DNA of 64,000 nucleotides, from positions 62,001 through 126,000 of the forward strand of contig PPNB01000018.1 in assembly GCA_003707115.1 (NCBI GenBank), read 5' to 3'. Position numbers and translations under genes: made by a program. This document shows, in pieces, positions 43,567-53,409 of the stretch (position 1 is its first letter; every line of letters starts with the position of its first letter). A model generated the notes under the pieces. The model ran no database searches. It was not told where the DNA came from and worked only from the letters and a program-made list of their open reading frames with translations. This DNA comes from Tortispora ganteri (Eukaryota).

Positions 43567-45261
43567 ATGACCGAACAGTTAAATAAGGTCAATAAGGTCG
43601 CCTCACGTGCCTGTTTGACATGCAGAAAACGGCATATCCGCTGTATACCACTACAGGATTTACCAAAATGTGAATTCTGCTTACACAACAACAAGGACTG
43701 TGAGTTCATTCAGAGCCGTAGAGGCGGCCGCCGTCCACGTCGATCTGTTGGCGGCGCTGACTCTTCACAAGGTTCTCGTGGTTCACAGTCTACTGGTCCC
43801 GATCTAGACATCGATACCGGCTCCCAAGGCGGATCTAGTTCAGATATTGATTCAAGCGCTCTCGTTAGAGCGATCAGCCCTAAACTCCACTCATCGCTCC
43901 AACGGTTAGTTCACGTCCATGCAGACGGTCAGTCTATCAATGTTTCAAACGATGATCTCCTAGCACACTCAGAAACAATCCGAGATCTCTTGATCTGGTA
44001 CTATACTTACTTCTTTCCCTCTCACCCAATCTTCCTCTCAATGGACCACATCACAGCCAATATCCTCCAGTATGGTGATTTTATCACCGCTCTAATCGCA
44101 TGCAAAACTGTCCTCCCTTCTTTGCCCCCAATAACTTCTCCTGTCGACGTCAAAATTCCCTTCAGTCTTGAAAGCAAGGACCTCGTCACCGTACAGTCGC
44201 TCTACCTTTACATGATCGAGGCTATGCTTCAAGGACAGGTCATGATCGTTGGTGTCGCCCGCGACCTTCTCGGCCAGATCGTCAAGAACACTCCCGGACT
44301 TTGGAACTCCCCGCGTCTCGCTATGGTCCCGAAAGACATGCTTCAAACCTCATACACAAATACCTTATTTGAAATACTATACTGCGATTCTATGTTCGCC
44401 ATGTTTTACAATGAGGTATCGGTCTTTCCTGAAGCTATATTCCAAGGTCTCGCTGGAATGGTCGCTTCTTCGTCAATTACTATCCGTCAAAATGCCGTCT
44501 CTTTTATCCGCAAAGTTGCCGGAAAACGTATGGCCACCTGGAACTCGCGCAAGGAGCTCATGAAACTAGACTTAGAGTACTGCGAATGGAAGGACAAACT
44601 TGACTTCTCGCGCCCCGGGTCATACCAGCTCGTAGACGTCCTTGGAAACGTCGACCATACCGTTCTTCAGGCTGCTGTCGCTATCTACTCATGTTGCATT
44701 TACCTTCACTTCCCACTTTCATCACTGAAAACGATACCGGGATCAGAAGTGTCTTGCGATGGCGCCGAAGTCTACAACAGCGTAGAGTCCAATATAGTCA
44801 CAACGCCCGATATGATTCTCAGCACAAGAAGGTGCGTCAATGCGGCGCTCTCAATATGTTCCCTTATTACACACATCACTGTGGCTGACTATTCGCCTAT
44901 TCTTGTGTGCTGTTCTTCCTCGGCAATACTCACACTTGCTCGCTACTACTCGGCTATCTCCAGCTCCTCGCAAGTGCCAGAGGAAGAGATCAGATTTGTT
45001 GAGATGGAAATCGGTGTGCTTAGTAAGGCTTTAGAAGACACACGAAACGAATGGCCCATATCCGGAAAAGTGCTGGATACACTATTACGCGTTCTACATA
45101 ACGAATACCCAACATTATACTGGAAACTGTTTCCTACAATGACAGTGGTTCCAGAACTAACTGACGATGCACTAAACATGGTTATGAATTTCCTGGGAAT
45201 AAATGGCGCAGAGCAGGAAAGCGCAGGGATGATAGATACAACTAGTGAGATTAATAACTAG
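43567..45261 (+). CDS. Zn(II)2Cys6 transcription factor
   Basis: ACLTCRKRHIRC-x8-CEFC-x6-C followed by SRRGG; YYTYFFPSHPI middle-homology region; first ATG 43567. Confidence 0.9.
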   Translation: MTEQLNKVNKVASRACLTCRKRHIRCIPLQDLPKCEFCLHNNKDCEFIQSRRGGRRPRRSVGGADSSQGSRGSQSTGPDLDIDTGSQGGSSSDIDSSALVRAISPKLHSSLQRLVHVHADGQSINVSNDDLLAHSETIRDLLIWYYTYFFPSHPIFLSMDHITANILQYGDFITALIACKTVLPSLPPITSPVDVKIPFSLESKDLVTVQSLYLYMIEAMLQGQVMIVGVARDLLGQIVKNTPGLWNSPRLAMVPKDMLQTSYTNTLFEILYCDSMFAMFYNEVSVFPEAIFQGLAGMVASSSITIRQNAVSFIRKVAGKRMATWNSRKELMKLDLEYCEWKDKLDFSRPGSYQLVDVLGNVDHTVLQAAVAIYSCCIYLHFPLSSLKTIPGSEVSCDGAEVYNSVESNIVTTPDMILSTRRCVNAALSICSLITHITVADYSPILVCCSSSAILTLARYYSAISSSSQVPEEEIRFVEMEIGVLSKALEDTRNEWPISGKVLDTLLRVLHNEYPTLYWKLFPTMTVVPELTDDALNMVMNFLGINGAEQESAGMIDTTSEINN

Positions 45262-45276
45262 CGCGCAAGCAAAGCG

Positions 45277-45948
45277 CTACCAAAACTTGCTGACAATGAC
45301 AAGCAATATTAATATGACCAAAACAGCAATAATAGCTATACTTATTATCCGGTTAGTAGCAAGCCGTCGCGTCATTCCCTTCAGAGTTCGGACACTGTGG
45401 TCCACGTAGCCATCTGCCTCGAGAAGTGTATTTCTCGAATTGATAATCTGATCGCGCTGTCCGCGAAGGTCCATAAGTATCCCAGATCCGATTTGTTCAG
45501 TCTCGTTAGCAACACGCTGTGACTGGCGAATACGTTCAGAAGATTGTTCTAATCTTTCAGTGTCTGAAAGAAGCTGTTGACGCTGAGAATATCCTCCTGT
45601 GGCACCACCAGTAGGCCCGCCCAAAAGCTGATCTCGCTGATCGGCTAATTCAAGTTCCTGCAGCGCCCGTTTGTGCTTTTCTAGGTCAGACTTGTATTCT
45701 CTCAGTCGTGCATTAGCTTTTGATCGACTTTGCGATGGAATATTCTGGATTTCTATAGCTATCTGGTCACACAGTTCGCGAGCGTCGTCAAAAGCCTTGT
45801 GCGCGGCATTCAGTGCTTGCGACTTTGCGCTGGCTGTGGCTTCTGTCGCCTGGTCGATTTTTTGCGTGAGTTCTGCATATGCGAGCTTAAAATCTGATTC
45901 GTACGACGCCAGTAATTCAGAGCCGATTTCGCTGTCAAGAATAGGCAT
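45277..45948 (-). CDS. VTI1: Qb-SNARE
   Basis: LLASYESDF Habc domain, QRQQLL..TERLE..ETEQIG..DLRGQRDQI SNARE motif, C-terminal TM; alternative upstream ATG at 46002. Confidence 0.93.
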   Translation of the reverse strand: MPILDSEIGSELLASYESDFKLAYAELTQKIDQATEATASAKSQALNAAHKAFDDARELCDQIAIEIQNIPSQSRSKANARLREYKSDLEKHKRALQELELADQRDQLLGGPTGGATGGYSQRQQLLSDTERLEQSSERIRQSQRVANETEQIGSGILMDLRGQRDQIINSRNTLLEADGYVDHSVRTLKGMTRRLATNRIISIAIIAVLVILILLVIVSKFW

Positions 45949-46253
45949 TGTGTTGCTGTAAAAGGTCAAAAGTTGGGGGGTATTCTGAGTGCAGGTGGCC
46001 ATTTACGCACATAGTGGATTAGGGTTAAGGGTATATGACAGTTGCAACTGTATTTCTCTACTCTTGACCAGCAGCGGTACGTACAGCGAACAGTGATGTA
46101 TGACTGACAGTATAGGGCTATGCATAGCGTATATATAAGCGTGTATAATTATTTCTGCAAGGTGTGGAATTTTTATGTTGGCGGCATTTGATGCAGGTGA
46201 TTACAGCGACAGTCAGATGTCCAGAGGAACTTAAACTTCGATATAACGTGAGT

Positions 46254-47114
46254 ATGCAAAAGTTCCGACCGGAATTGCTAAGACCAATAGCGCGGCCGCA
46301 CCGATGGCCGCAGATGAGTCCATTATTGCGTATGCGATATAATTCGACGGATCCTAGCAGTAAAAATAGAGGCAAATACGAGTTCTCGAGAAAACCGCTG
46401 ACGCCGCAGTCGACGAACTTCGAGGAAGTGAAGGCGAAACACGAGATCGGGATGTTCAACTGGAAGGCAGGATTATTCTTTGTTGTAGTGGCTGTTGGTT
46501 TAACGGTGGTATTCCAACGTGAAAAGAAACGGCTCGAACTACGACGAATTGCCGAGGAAAACAAGACGATTGGTAAGCCAGCTATTGGGGGTAAATTCAA
46601 CTTGATAGACACGAACAAACAACCGTTTACAGAAGAAAACCTGAAAGGCAAGTTCAGTTTGTTGTACTTTGGGTTCACTTTATGTCCGGATATTTGCCCA
46701 GAAGAACTGGACAACATTGTATATATAATGGAGAAGCTGAAGAAGGAAGGGATCACGATTCAGCCTGTGTTTGTTACCTGTGATCCGGCCAGAGACGATC
46801 CTGAGACTATAAAAGACTACTTGGAAGAGTTTCATCCGGATATAATTGGACTTACAGGGACATATGACGACGTGAAATCGATGTGCAAGACATACCGGGT
46901 GTACTTCTCTACGCCGCCGAACGTGCAGCCCGGACAGGATTACCTTGTTGACCACTCTATATTTTTCTATTTGATGGATCCCGAGGGCAACTTTGTGGAA
47001 GCTCTGGGCCGCCAGTACACGAAAGACCAGGCGGCAGACAGGATCAAGGACCACATCACTCATTGGGCGCCGATTGACGACAAAAAGAGCTCAAAGATAT
47101 TTGGTATTTTTTGA
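46254..47114 (+). CDS. SCO1: Mitochondrial copper chaperone for cytochrome c oxidase
   Basis: YFGFTLCPDICPEEL (CxxxC), DPARD, DYLVDHSIFFYLMDPEG; single TM; start chosen for presequence-like N-terminus (uncertain). Confidence 0.95.
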   Translation: MQKFRPELLRPIARPHRWPQMSPLLRMRYNSTDPSSKNRGKYEFSRKPLTPQSTNFEEVKAKHEIGMFNWKAGLFFVVVAVGLTVVFQREKKRLELRRIAEENKTIGKPAIGGKFNLIDTNKQPFTEENLKGKFSLLYFGFTLCPDICPEELDNIVYIMEKLKKEGITIQPVFVTCDPARDDPETIKDYLEEFHPDIIGLTGTYDDVKSMCKTYRVYFSTPPNVQPGQDYLVDHSIFFYLMDPEGNFVEALGRQYTKDQAADRIKDHITHWAPIDDKKSSKIFGIF

Positions 47115-47160
47115 GATATTTGTGTCGACGTACGGTGCGCGGTAAGTACCACCTAGACAT

Positions 47161-47979
47161 CTAATCGGCGATAATGGAGTTTTTCTGCTGTTCGAGCGCG
47201 ACAGACTCTAGAGTCGCATAATAGGCGTGTGTATCATGTAAATAGTCTACTTTTCCGTCGTAGAGAAGCACTTCGCATAGAGCCTTTACGTCGTCTTCAG
47301 AGAGCTCGACTGTAGCTACATTAGACTCCTTAACAAACCGATGGATCTGTTGAATGTTCGGGTATCCCCTGTATGAGGGATCTCGTAGTTGTTGGTTCTG
47401 TAAGATATCGTTGAGATCGCCAGTGGCATTAGGAAACGTCTGTGAAACGATGTAGAGCCATACAATGTTCAGTAGCCCGTCAATGAATTCCTGGTCGAGC
47501 TCGGAGTCAGTGAACCAGGGCCCGCCCGTAAGTTCGATTGAAGGTTGCAGTGAAGCTAACATGTATATTTTTCTGGTTGGTGTTTTCACGGATTTGACAG
47601 CTTTAATATACATTTTTGATTCAAGCGACCGCAAACACCGTTGGACTACGCTCTGATGCAAATTTGATTTGGCTCTGATTGTTTTTGTCCAGATACCGTC
47701 ACGGCCAGATGCTTCAATGTATCTGAACACCATGGACTCCTCTGCAGACATTGCCCTTAATTTGGCTGCATCTTCCCTACTGATTACTTGATACAGGATA
47801 TCTCCGCCTTTCTGCACGATTTTCACAAGATCGTGATCTGATAGCTGCTGAATGGTGCTCATAAGCTGTCGCGCATCCTTGTTAGCGATTAAATTCTGTA
47901 AGTCATCCTGAGAGAATAAGTAATCTTTTTTCTGAAGCATTTCATTGTAAAGCTGCTCGGTTTCTCGTGAGAGTTCCAT
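47161..47979 (-). CDS. RPC34: RNA polymerase III subunit C34
   Basis: GRDGIWTKTIRAKSNLHQ, RKIYMLASLQPSIELTGGPWFTDSELD. Confidence 0.95.
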   Translation of the reverse strand: MELSRETEQLYNEMLQKKDYLFSQDDLQNLIANKDARQLMSTIQQLSDHDLVKIVQKGGDILYQVISREDAAKLRAMSAEESMVFRYIEASGRDGIWTKTIRAKSNLHQSVVQRCLRSLESKMYIKAVKSVKTPTRKIYMLASLQPSIELTGGPWFTDSELDQEFIDGLLNIVWLYIVSQTFPNATGDLNDILQNQQLRDPSYRGYPNIQQIHRFVKESNVATVELSEDDVKALCEVLLYDGKVDYLHDTHAYYATLESVALEQQKNSIIAD

Positions 47980-48129
47980 TACGATGGTGGAAGTTAAGTG
48001 AGTTGGTAAGTTCTAAAATAGTATCAACATGTATCTATACTATATTATATATTCTAAATATAATATTCCATTGATTTTATGCTCTTATTCTATCATTTCC
48101 TTTTACTCTCTTACAACAACTTATTTTTG

Positions 48130-48654
48130 TTATTCCTTTACTATCCTTTTCAAATCGACGATTTGCCCAATTTCGCTAGCAAGTTCGTCTGAACTGTTAA
48201 CATACTCTCTCAACGTCTCCTCAGCAAGTTTTGCTACATCTCCATCATTAGTTTCCCTATTCAGCGCTACACAGCTGTCCTGCAGCCGATCCAATGCTCT
48301 GAACAGTTCCGACACTTTAGACTCGATGTTATTCTCAAATTGCGCAGTAGTACCGTTCAAAACATCAGACGCTTGAATCAATTTCGTATAATTATCGTAA
48401 ACTAGAGTCTTTTTCTCGCTTTCAAGCGCCTTCAGTTCCCGTATTACGTCTGTTTCGTAATGCAGCAGCTGCTTCGAATCCGATTGCCGCAGTATCGCAT
48501 CTAGGTAGGCCTCTGATCCGACCCTATCGATCTCAGACTCGTTCACTGGCGCCTCATTAGTCTTCTTGCTCCGGTAATACTCTCGTAACGCGCTCCTTCG
48601 CGCTGCTTTCCTTGAGCTTGATACCGTCGAGTCTGCCAGCGATGGATTGTCCAT
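48130..48654 (-). CDS. VPS51: GARP complex subunit Vps51
   Basis: RRSALREYY N-terminal motif, LESEKKTLVYDNYTKLIQASD; ATG at 48654. Confidence 0.88.
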   Translation of the reverse strand: MDNPSLADSTVSSSRKAARRSALREYYRSKKTNEAPVNESEIDRVGSEAYLDAILRQSDSKQLLHYETDVIRELKALESEKKTLVYDNYTKLIQASDVLNGTTAQFENNIESKVSELFRALDRLQDSCVALNRETNDGDVAKLAEETLREYVNSSDELASEIGQIVDLKRIVKE

Positions 48655-48858
48655 GCTGTAAAGTGTAAGGTTAGTATCACAAAGTGCGATCAATCAATAC
48701 AAATTTGTACTTTACACCTACTAGTTTGTCCGGTCGAGAACATTACTTTAATAAAATATGGTGATAAATTACTCTACCAGTAGTTCTACTATTTTATGTC
48801 TACCTAATTATTTCAAAAACAACCCATAGTATAATCTAAGTTAAGTCTCTCAGTATGC

Positions 48859-49152
48859 CTGTCAGACTGCCTTGTACGCCTCCTGCCGCATCCTTCCATG
48901 ACAGATACATGCCGACGCAGGACGTGATCATCGTAGTAAGTAGTCACTCCGAAGAGTAACAAATCTTGTCTCACGCTAAGGCATCAAGGGATACAGCTCA
49001 TCAACCAGGTTGGATACTGTGGCTCTTTTGAGGAGCTCAAAGAGAGACGTTACCTATAGAAATGATCCTACTAGTAAGGTGTTAGTATCTAATACATATC
49101 TCCAAACATATGCAAAAGCATTTAGTTCAAAAACTTACTGAAGTACGTCGTC
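48859..49152 (-). ncRNA. SNR17: U3 snoRNA with spliceosomal intron; exon 1 49152-49139, exon 2 49070-~48859
   Basis: Spliced 5' end GACGACGTACTTCA|TAGGATCATTTCTATAGG (GAC box, box A'/A), CAAAAGAGCCAC..TCCAACCTGGTTGATGAG (box C'), TTAGCGTGAGA (box B-like), CGATGATC (box C), CAGTCTGAC (box D); TATA ~35 nt upstream. Confidence 0.95.
49071..49138 (-). other. Spliceosomal intron in U3 snoRNA (68 nt)
   Basis: GTAAGT donor, TACTAAC at 49087-49081, TAG acceptor. Confidence 0.93.
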
Positions 49153-49208
49153 AAAGAAAAAGAAAATTCTTCGTCTACCCAGCTCTATATATATTCGTAT
49201 TTTCTTAC

Positions 49209-49270
49209 AGCCCTAACCCTGTATAATGTGAAGAAAAAATCTGCAAGTATGCCTCTAGCCCTAGGGTTTA
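49209..49270. promoter_or_regulatory. Tbf1-like sites in the U3/RPL33 bidirectional promoter
   Basis: AGCCCTAACCCT at 49209 and TAGCCCTAGGGTTTA at 49256. Confidence 0.55.
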
Positions 49271-49377
49271 GTTCTAACAATTGCAAGTCACGCTGTCTAC
49301 CACACAGCGTCCCAAACACCCAACCGAGTTCACTAAACGTCCACCAGCTGGTACTATCCATTACAATCATACACACA

Positions 49378-49695
49378 ATGAGTGAACCAAAACTATACGT
49401 CAGCGGAAAGCATTTGTCTTACCGACGAGGAAAGAGCTTACAGTATCCTAATGTATCTCTCCTTCGTCTTGATGGAGTCTCATCTGCTGAAGAAGCACAG
49501 TTCTACCTCGGAAAGAGAGTAGTGTTCATCTACAGAACTAAAGGTTCTTCTGGATCCCGTGTCAAATTCATTTGGGGCCGCATTGCCAGAACTCACGGCA
49601 AGTCTGGCGTCGTCCGTGCTCGCTTCCGATCTAACCTTCCCCCTGTCTCTTTTGGAGCCAAGGTCCGCGTTATGCTCTATCCTTCTAACATTTAA
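49378..49695 (+). CDS. RPL33: 60S ribosomal protein L33 (eL33/L35Ae)
   Basis: LYVSGKHLSY, AQFYLGKRV, IWGRIARTHGKSGVVRARFRSNLP, VRVMLYPSNI; ATG 49378. Confidence 0.95.
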   Translation: MSEPKLYVSGKHLSYRRGKSLQYPNVSLLRLDGVSSAEEAQFYLGKRVVFIYRTKGSSGSRVKFIWGRIARTHGKSGVVRARFRSNLPPVSFGAKVRVMLYPSNI

Positions 49696-50043
49696 GTGGT
49701 TCTGATTTGTTGCCATATATAATGGATGTATATGGTAATAAATTATAGTTACGCTATATTGATATGTCTATGAGTCACTTTGTAGTTTGTTTCTTCGTGG
49801 CGGCTTGACAGCCGCCGCCACTGTGTTGCTTTTGATTGAGTTGCAACCTCATCAGTGGTTAACCATCCACGGTCCAGCTTCACATGGCTAACGATCTTGT
49901 AGGCTCGTCTGTACATTATTAACCCCATGTCACCCTTTATATTGCTACTAATAAATTCAGCTCGTCTACTTATTGATATTCATACACCTGCGTTATCATA
50001 ACACTTTCGCCATCATAAAACTCTCACTATCGTAACAATATTA

Positions 50044-50295
50044 CTAATGTCGCTGCTCCACTACCAAATGTTCCGGTAGTTTATACATCTCACTAATAAC
50101 GCTCTGGCGCTTTACAATCTCCAGTTGCTTGTACCCATCTTCCATCAGCGCCAGGATCTTGTCGGAATTCGTCTCGTGTTGATGCTCTCTGAACGCATCG
50201 TGCGTCCTTCGTACAATGTACGATCGGAAATTATAATCCTGAAACTTTTTACCATATCGCAGTATGTTTCGGTACAGTTTAATCGCTTCCTGCAT
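50044..50295 (-). CDS. ISD11: LYR-motif subunit of the Nfs1 cysteine desulfurase complex
   Basis: LYR, F.DYNFRSY..RRT.DAFR, KRQSVISEMY...LVVE. Confidence 0.92.
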   Translation of the reverse strand: MQEAIKLYRNILRYGKKFQDYNFRSYIVRRTHDAFREHQHETNSDKILALMEDGYKQLEIVKRQSVISEMYKLPEHLVVEQRH

Positions 50296-50501
50296 TGTTG
50301 TTGAATTTTTTGCCGTAGAAATGTCTCTTGCCGTCGATGTCTGGGTTCCCCGGTATCGGTGAGGTATTGACGCTCCAACCCTAACAACCCTTTATTTATT
50401 TTTATCCACACCACAACAAATCGCAAAAGTGAAACGTCACTTTCAACAGCCCTTTTTTTTTCGTCTCTCCTTCTCCATTTACTCTACTGCCTCTCTCTCT
50501 C

Positions 50502-52127
50502 ATGGATCTCACATCGCTGCAAGAAACCGCGCTCATCATTCAAAAAATTGGCGTACATCCTTCACGTGAATGCGAACGTTGCAGAATCCATCCAGCTTCC
50601 CACTCTAAGAACCCGCTCAGACCGTTAGAATGCATATGGTCCCCAGCCCATGGATCCTGTTCACGCTGCAAGTGGGACAAGTACAAGTGCTCTTTCTCTA
50701 CCAATCCACCTTCGGAAGCGCCCGCGTCATCCTCTACCCGTGTCTCAGACTTTCCTTCTCCAAAACGCCCTAGAGCACGACCGGTCGACCAGGCTACCGA
50801 CACACCTATTCTACGTCGACAGAAACTAAAGGCTCGCAAAATTGCCAATCCCAATACGCCATCTAGCCCTGTTGTCATCACTTTTAAGAAGAAGTCAAAA
50901 CTATCTCTTCCGCCGTTCGTTTCCGACCACCTCACTCGCCACTCGCTCCCAGAATCCAAGTCTCCAGACACTCTCGCAGCTGAGGGATTGATTCAACTCA
51001 GATCGGAAACAAATCCCTTATCTCCCACTATCGAAATCTTTCATAATTGTCATCCTACTATCTCTATCGCTGTTTATAGTTTTATGTTCCATTCGTCTGT
51101 CTTCAGAACAATTTACTTTCAGGGTATGCGCTTCTATAATATCACTGCTCTAGTCGGCGAGTCGATAGGACCAAACGCTATCTCAATGCTCCCGTTAATC
51201 TTGACTCAATCTCATCAATCCCCAATGGATATTATTGAATACGAGTGTAACCAAGATATAAACCCGCTAGAATACGCAATGCTCTACCTCGATCTCTTAC
51301 AGCTCATTCATATACTAGGCATAGAACATACAAATCCAGGCCCTGATGAATGGCGTACAGCCCTGGCATCTGCCCTTATTAACTCTCTAGTTTTGCGGAA
51401 TATTCTTGAACCCATAGTTCTTTTTCTGCAGAGCGGAATAGATGAGTTAACTGTCGCTGACAGAGACCATTTAGCTATTGCTACTTCTCTGCTCGAAACC
51501 CTTGATCATTTCGCTTACAAGTACAGTTGCCCACAAATATTAGGATTCTTGTGGGGTAAATGCAGTGAACATGAAATCATTCTATCGCGATTCTCCAGCT
51601 TAACCTCTCTAATGATAAAGCTGCTCTCACTCGACCGAGAACTTAACCTGGAGGATCGTCCTGTGACCCCCCGGTCCAACATATCGAGACTCTTTGCATT
51701 AGACAAAACGTGGCTAGTGGATTTGGAAGCATCTCTAGTTCGTCGTTTTGAGATCTTTCCTGATAAGGAAGACGTCGAAATGCAATCTGTTTCTGCTATA
51801 AGACCGGTCTCTGCTCTGGAGTCAGCACCAATATCTGAATCTACACCGATACCTGAGATTGCCCCAGCTTCTGCTACCTTATATCCCCATACCCATCACC
51901 AAGAGAATGCCGGTCCGAATGCATTTTCAGGGACCGTGGAATCAGATGATTCTCACGTCCTGGCAGACCTACCAGTTGACTACTGCGCCAATAAGACAAT
52001 GGAGGTGGTCAATGTTTTGTGTGAGCTTCCCACTAACTGTGGTCCTCACGATAACTCAGTTGAAAATTCCAGCATTGATGCCGCATCTGATGGGATCCTT
52101 CACGCGGCTATGAAACCCTGCTTTTAA
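50502..52127 (+). CDS. Uncharacterised 541-aa protein with atypical six-Cys zinc-cluster-like N-terminus
   Basis: C-x2-C-x16-C-x8-C-x2-C-x6-C followed by basic NLS-like stretches; rest unrecognised. Confidence 0.65.
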   Translation: MDLTSLQETALIIQKIGVHPSRECERCRIHPASHSKNPLRPLECIWSPAHGSCSRCKWDKYKCSFSTNPPSEAPASSSTRVSDFPSPKRPRARPVDQATDTPILRRQKLKARKIANPNTPSSPVVITFKKKSKLSLPPFVSDHLTRHSLPESKSPDTLAAEGLIQLRSETNPLSPTIEIFHNCHPTISIAVYSFMFHSSVFRTIYFQGMRFYNITALVGESIGPNAISMLPLILTQSHQSPMDIIEYECNQDINPLEYAMLYLDLLQLIHILGIEHTNPGPDEWRTALASALINSLVLRNILEPIVLFLQSGIDELTVADRDHLAIATSLLETLDHFAYKYSCPQILGFLWGKCSEHEIILSRFSSLTSLMIKLLSLDRELNLEDRPVTPRSNISRLFALDKTWLVDLEASLVRRFEIFPDKEDVEMQSVSAIRPVSALESAPISESTPIPEIAPASATLYPHTHHQENAGPNAFSGTVESDDSHVLADLPVDYCANKTMEVVNVLCELPTNCGPHDNSVENSSIDAASDGILHAAMKPCF

Positions 52128-52360
52128 TACCATTAAGTATACCCACACCACAACGAGATGCTCTTATACCATTACCCCCATGCAACTCGGATTGCTACCA
52201 TTTACCTACAATATCTGATTTACTGATTATTTATCTGACAAGTAGCTGATGTATGAAACAAATGTGATATACTTTGAATGACAAGCGAAAGAAGAGTGAG
52301 ATACCATTTAATTGGAACTCACATTGTTATCTTTTTCTGCACCTAACACTGCTGAAGCAC

Positions 52361-52960
52361 TTAGATGTGTTTGACAGCATTGTAGAAAGCTTCTCCCTGG
52401 ATCTTGGCCTTCTTGAGCTCGATCTCGGTAGGTGATCGAGAGCCATCGGCGCCGGCATACGTGCCAGCACCCCAGGCAGATCCTCCATTGACACTCTCGA
52501 AGTTGGTTTGCTCAGCGAAAGTCAGCTTGTATCCGAGAGGAACAAAGATGATGCCGTGGTGAGTGAGAACTGAGAGTGAAGTCAAAACAGTGGTTTCCTG
52601 ACCACCAGCGGGCGTTCCAGTAGAGACGAAAACGCCGGCGTACTTGCCGTATAGTGCTCCTGAGGCCCACAGACCTCCGGTAGCGTCCCAGAAAGTCTTC
52701 CATTGCGCCGGGTAGGTACCATAACGAGTGGGAATGCCAAAGATAAATGCGTCGTACGAAGTCAAAGTCTCGTTGGTGGCAATTGGATAATCAGCTTTAG
52801 GTGGAGCATGCATCTTAGCCAAGATCTCATCAGAGAGGGTTTCAGGAACCTGGAAGATGTCTGCAGTTCCGCCGGCAGCTTCAATTCCAGCCTTCTCAGC
52901 TTCAGCGAGCTTGGCAATGTGACCGTAAGTAGAGTAGTAGATGATAGCGATTTTAACCAT
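52361..52960 (-). CDS. PST2: Flavodoxin-like NAD(P)H:quinone oxidoreductase (WrbA/Pst2 family)
   Basis: [43 protein letters not shown]. Confidence 0.9.
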   Translation of the reverse strand: MVKIAIIYYSTYGHIAKLAEAEKAGIEAAGGTADIFQVPETLSDEILAKMHAPPKADYPIATNETLTSYDAFIFGIPTRYGTYPAQWKTFWDATGGLWASGALYGKYAGVFVSTGTPAGGQETTVLTSLSVLTHHGIIFVPLGYKLTFAEQTNFESVNGGSAWGAGTYAGADGSRSPTEIELKKAKIQGEAFYNAVKHI

Positions 52961-53409
52961 TATGTGTTATTGTGGAACAAGAAGATTAGAAAGCGGCTTT
53001 AAATACTATGGTGTTGTGAGCCCAGGTGGCTGACTATTTGAACTTTAATTAAAGTTTGATCTGACTCCGCTCATTAATTTTCGCCGTAGTCAATGCGCAC
53101 TCTGCGCACGGTCCCTTGGTTGAGTAGAACCAACAAAAAGTGCTAGAAGTAAAATATCTTTTAGTAGAACAATAATACAGCTTTGATTGACCTAACGACC
53201 GCCGCTAGAACGCTCTGCGACTCGCATAGTCTGTAAGGCGAATGTATGGCCGTTAACGCCATACTTGGGAAGTAGATTACCTCTCTCAACCCTTAACCCT
53301 TAGCCTATCAGTAGTCAGCATGACATATGGAAGCACGCCGGCGACTGATCAACATTTTTTGAATAAATAAACGCCATTGCGAAGATTAACACACTTATTT
53401 CCTGCATCA

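Noticed and set aside
49745..49930. Short minus-strand ORF (~55-59 codons) and GC hairpin between RPL33 and ISD11
   Set aside because: No recognisable motif; lies in convergent 3' UTR space and is compatible with chance
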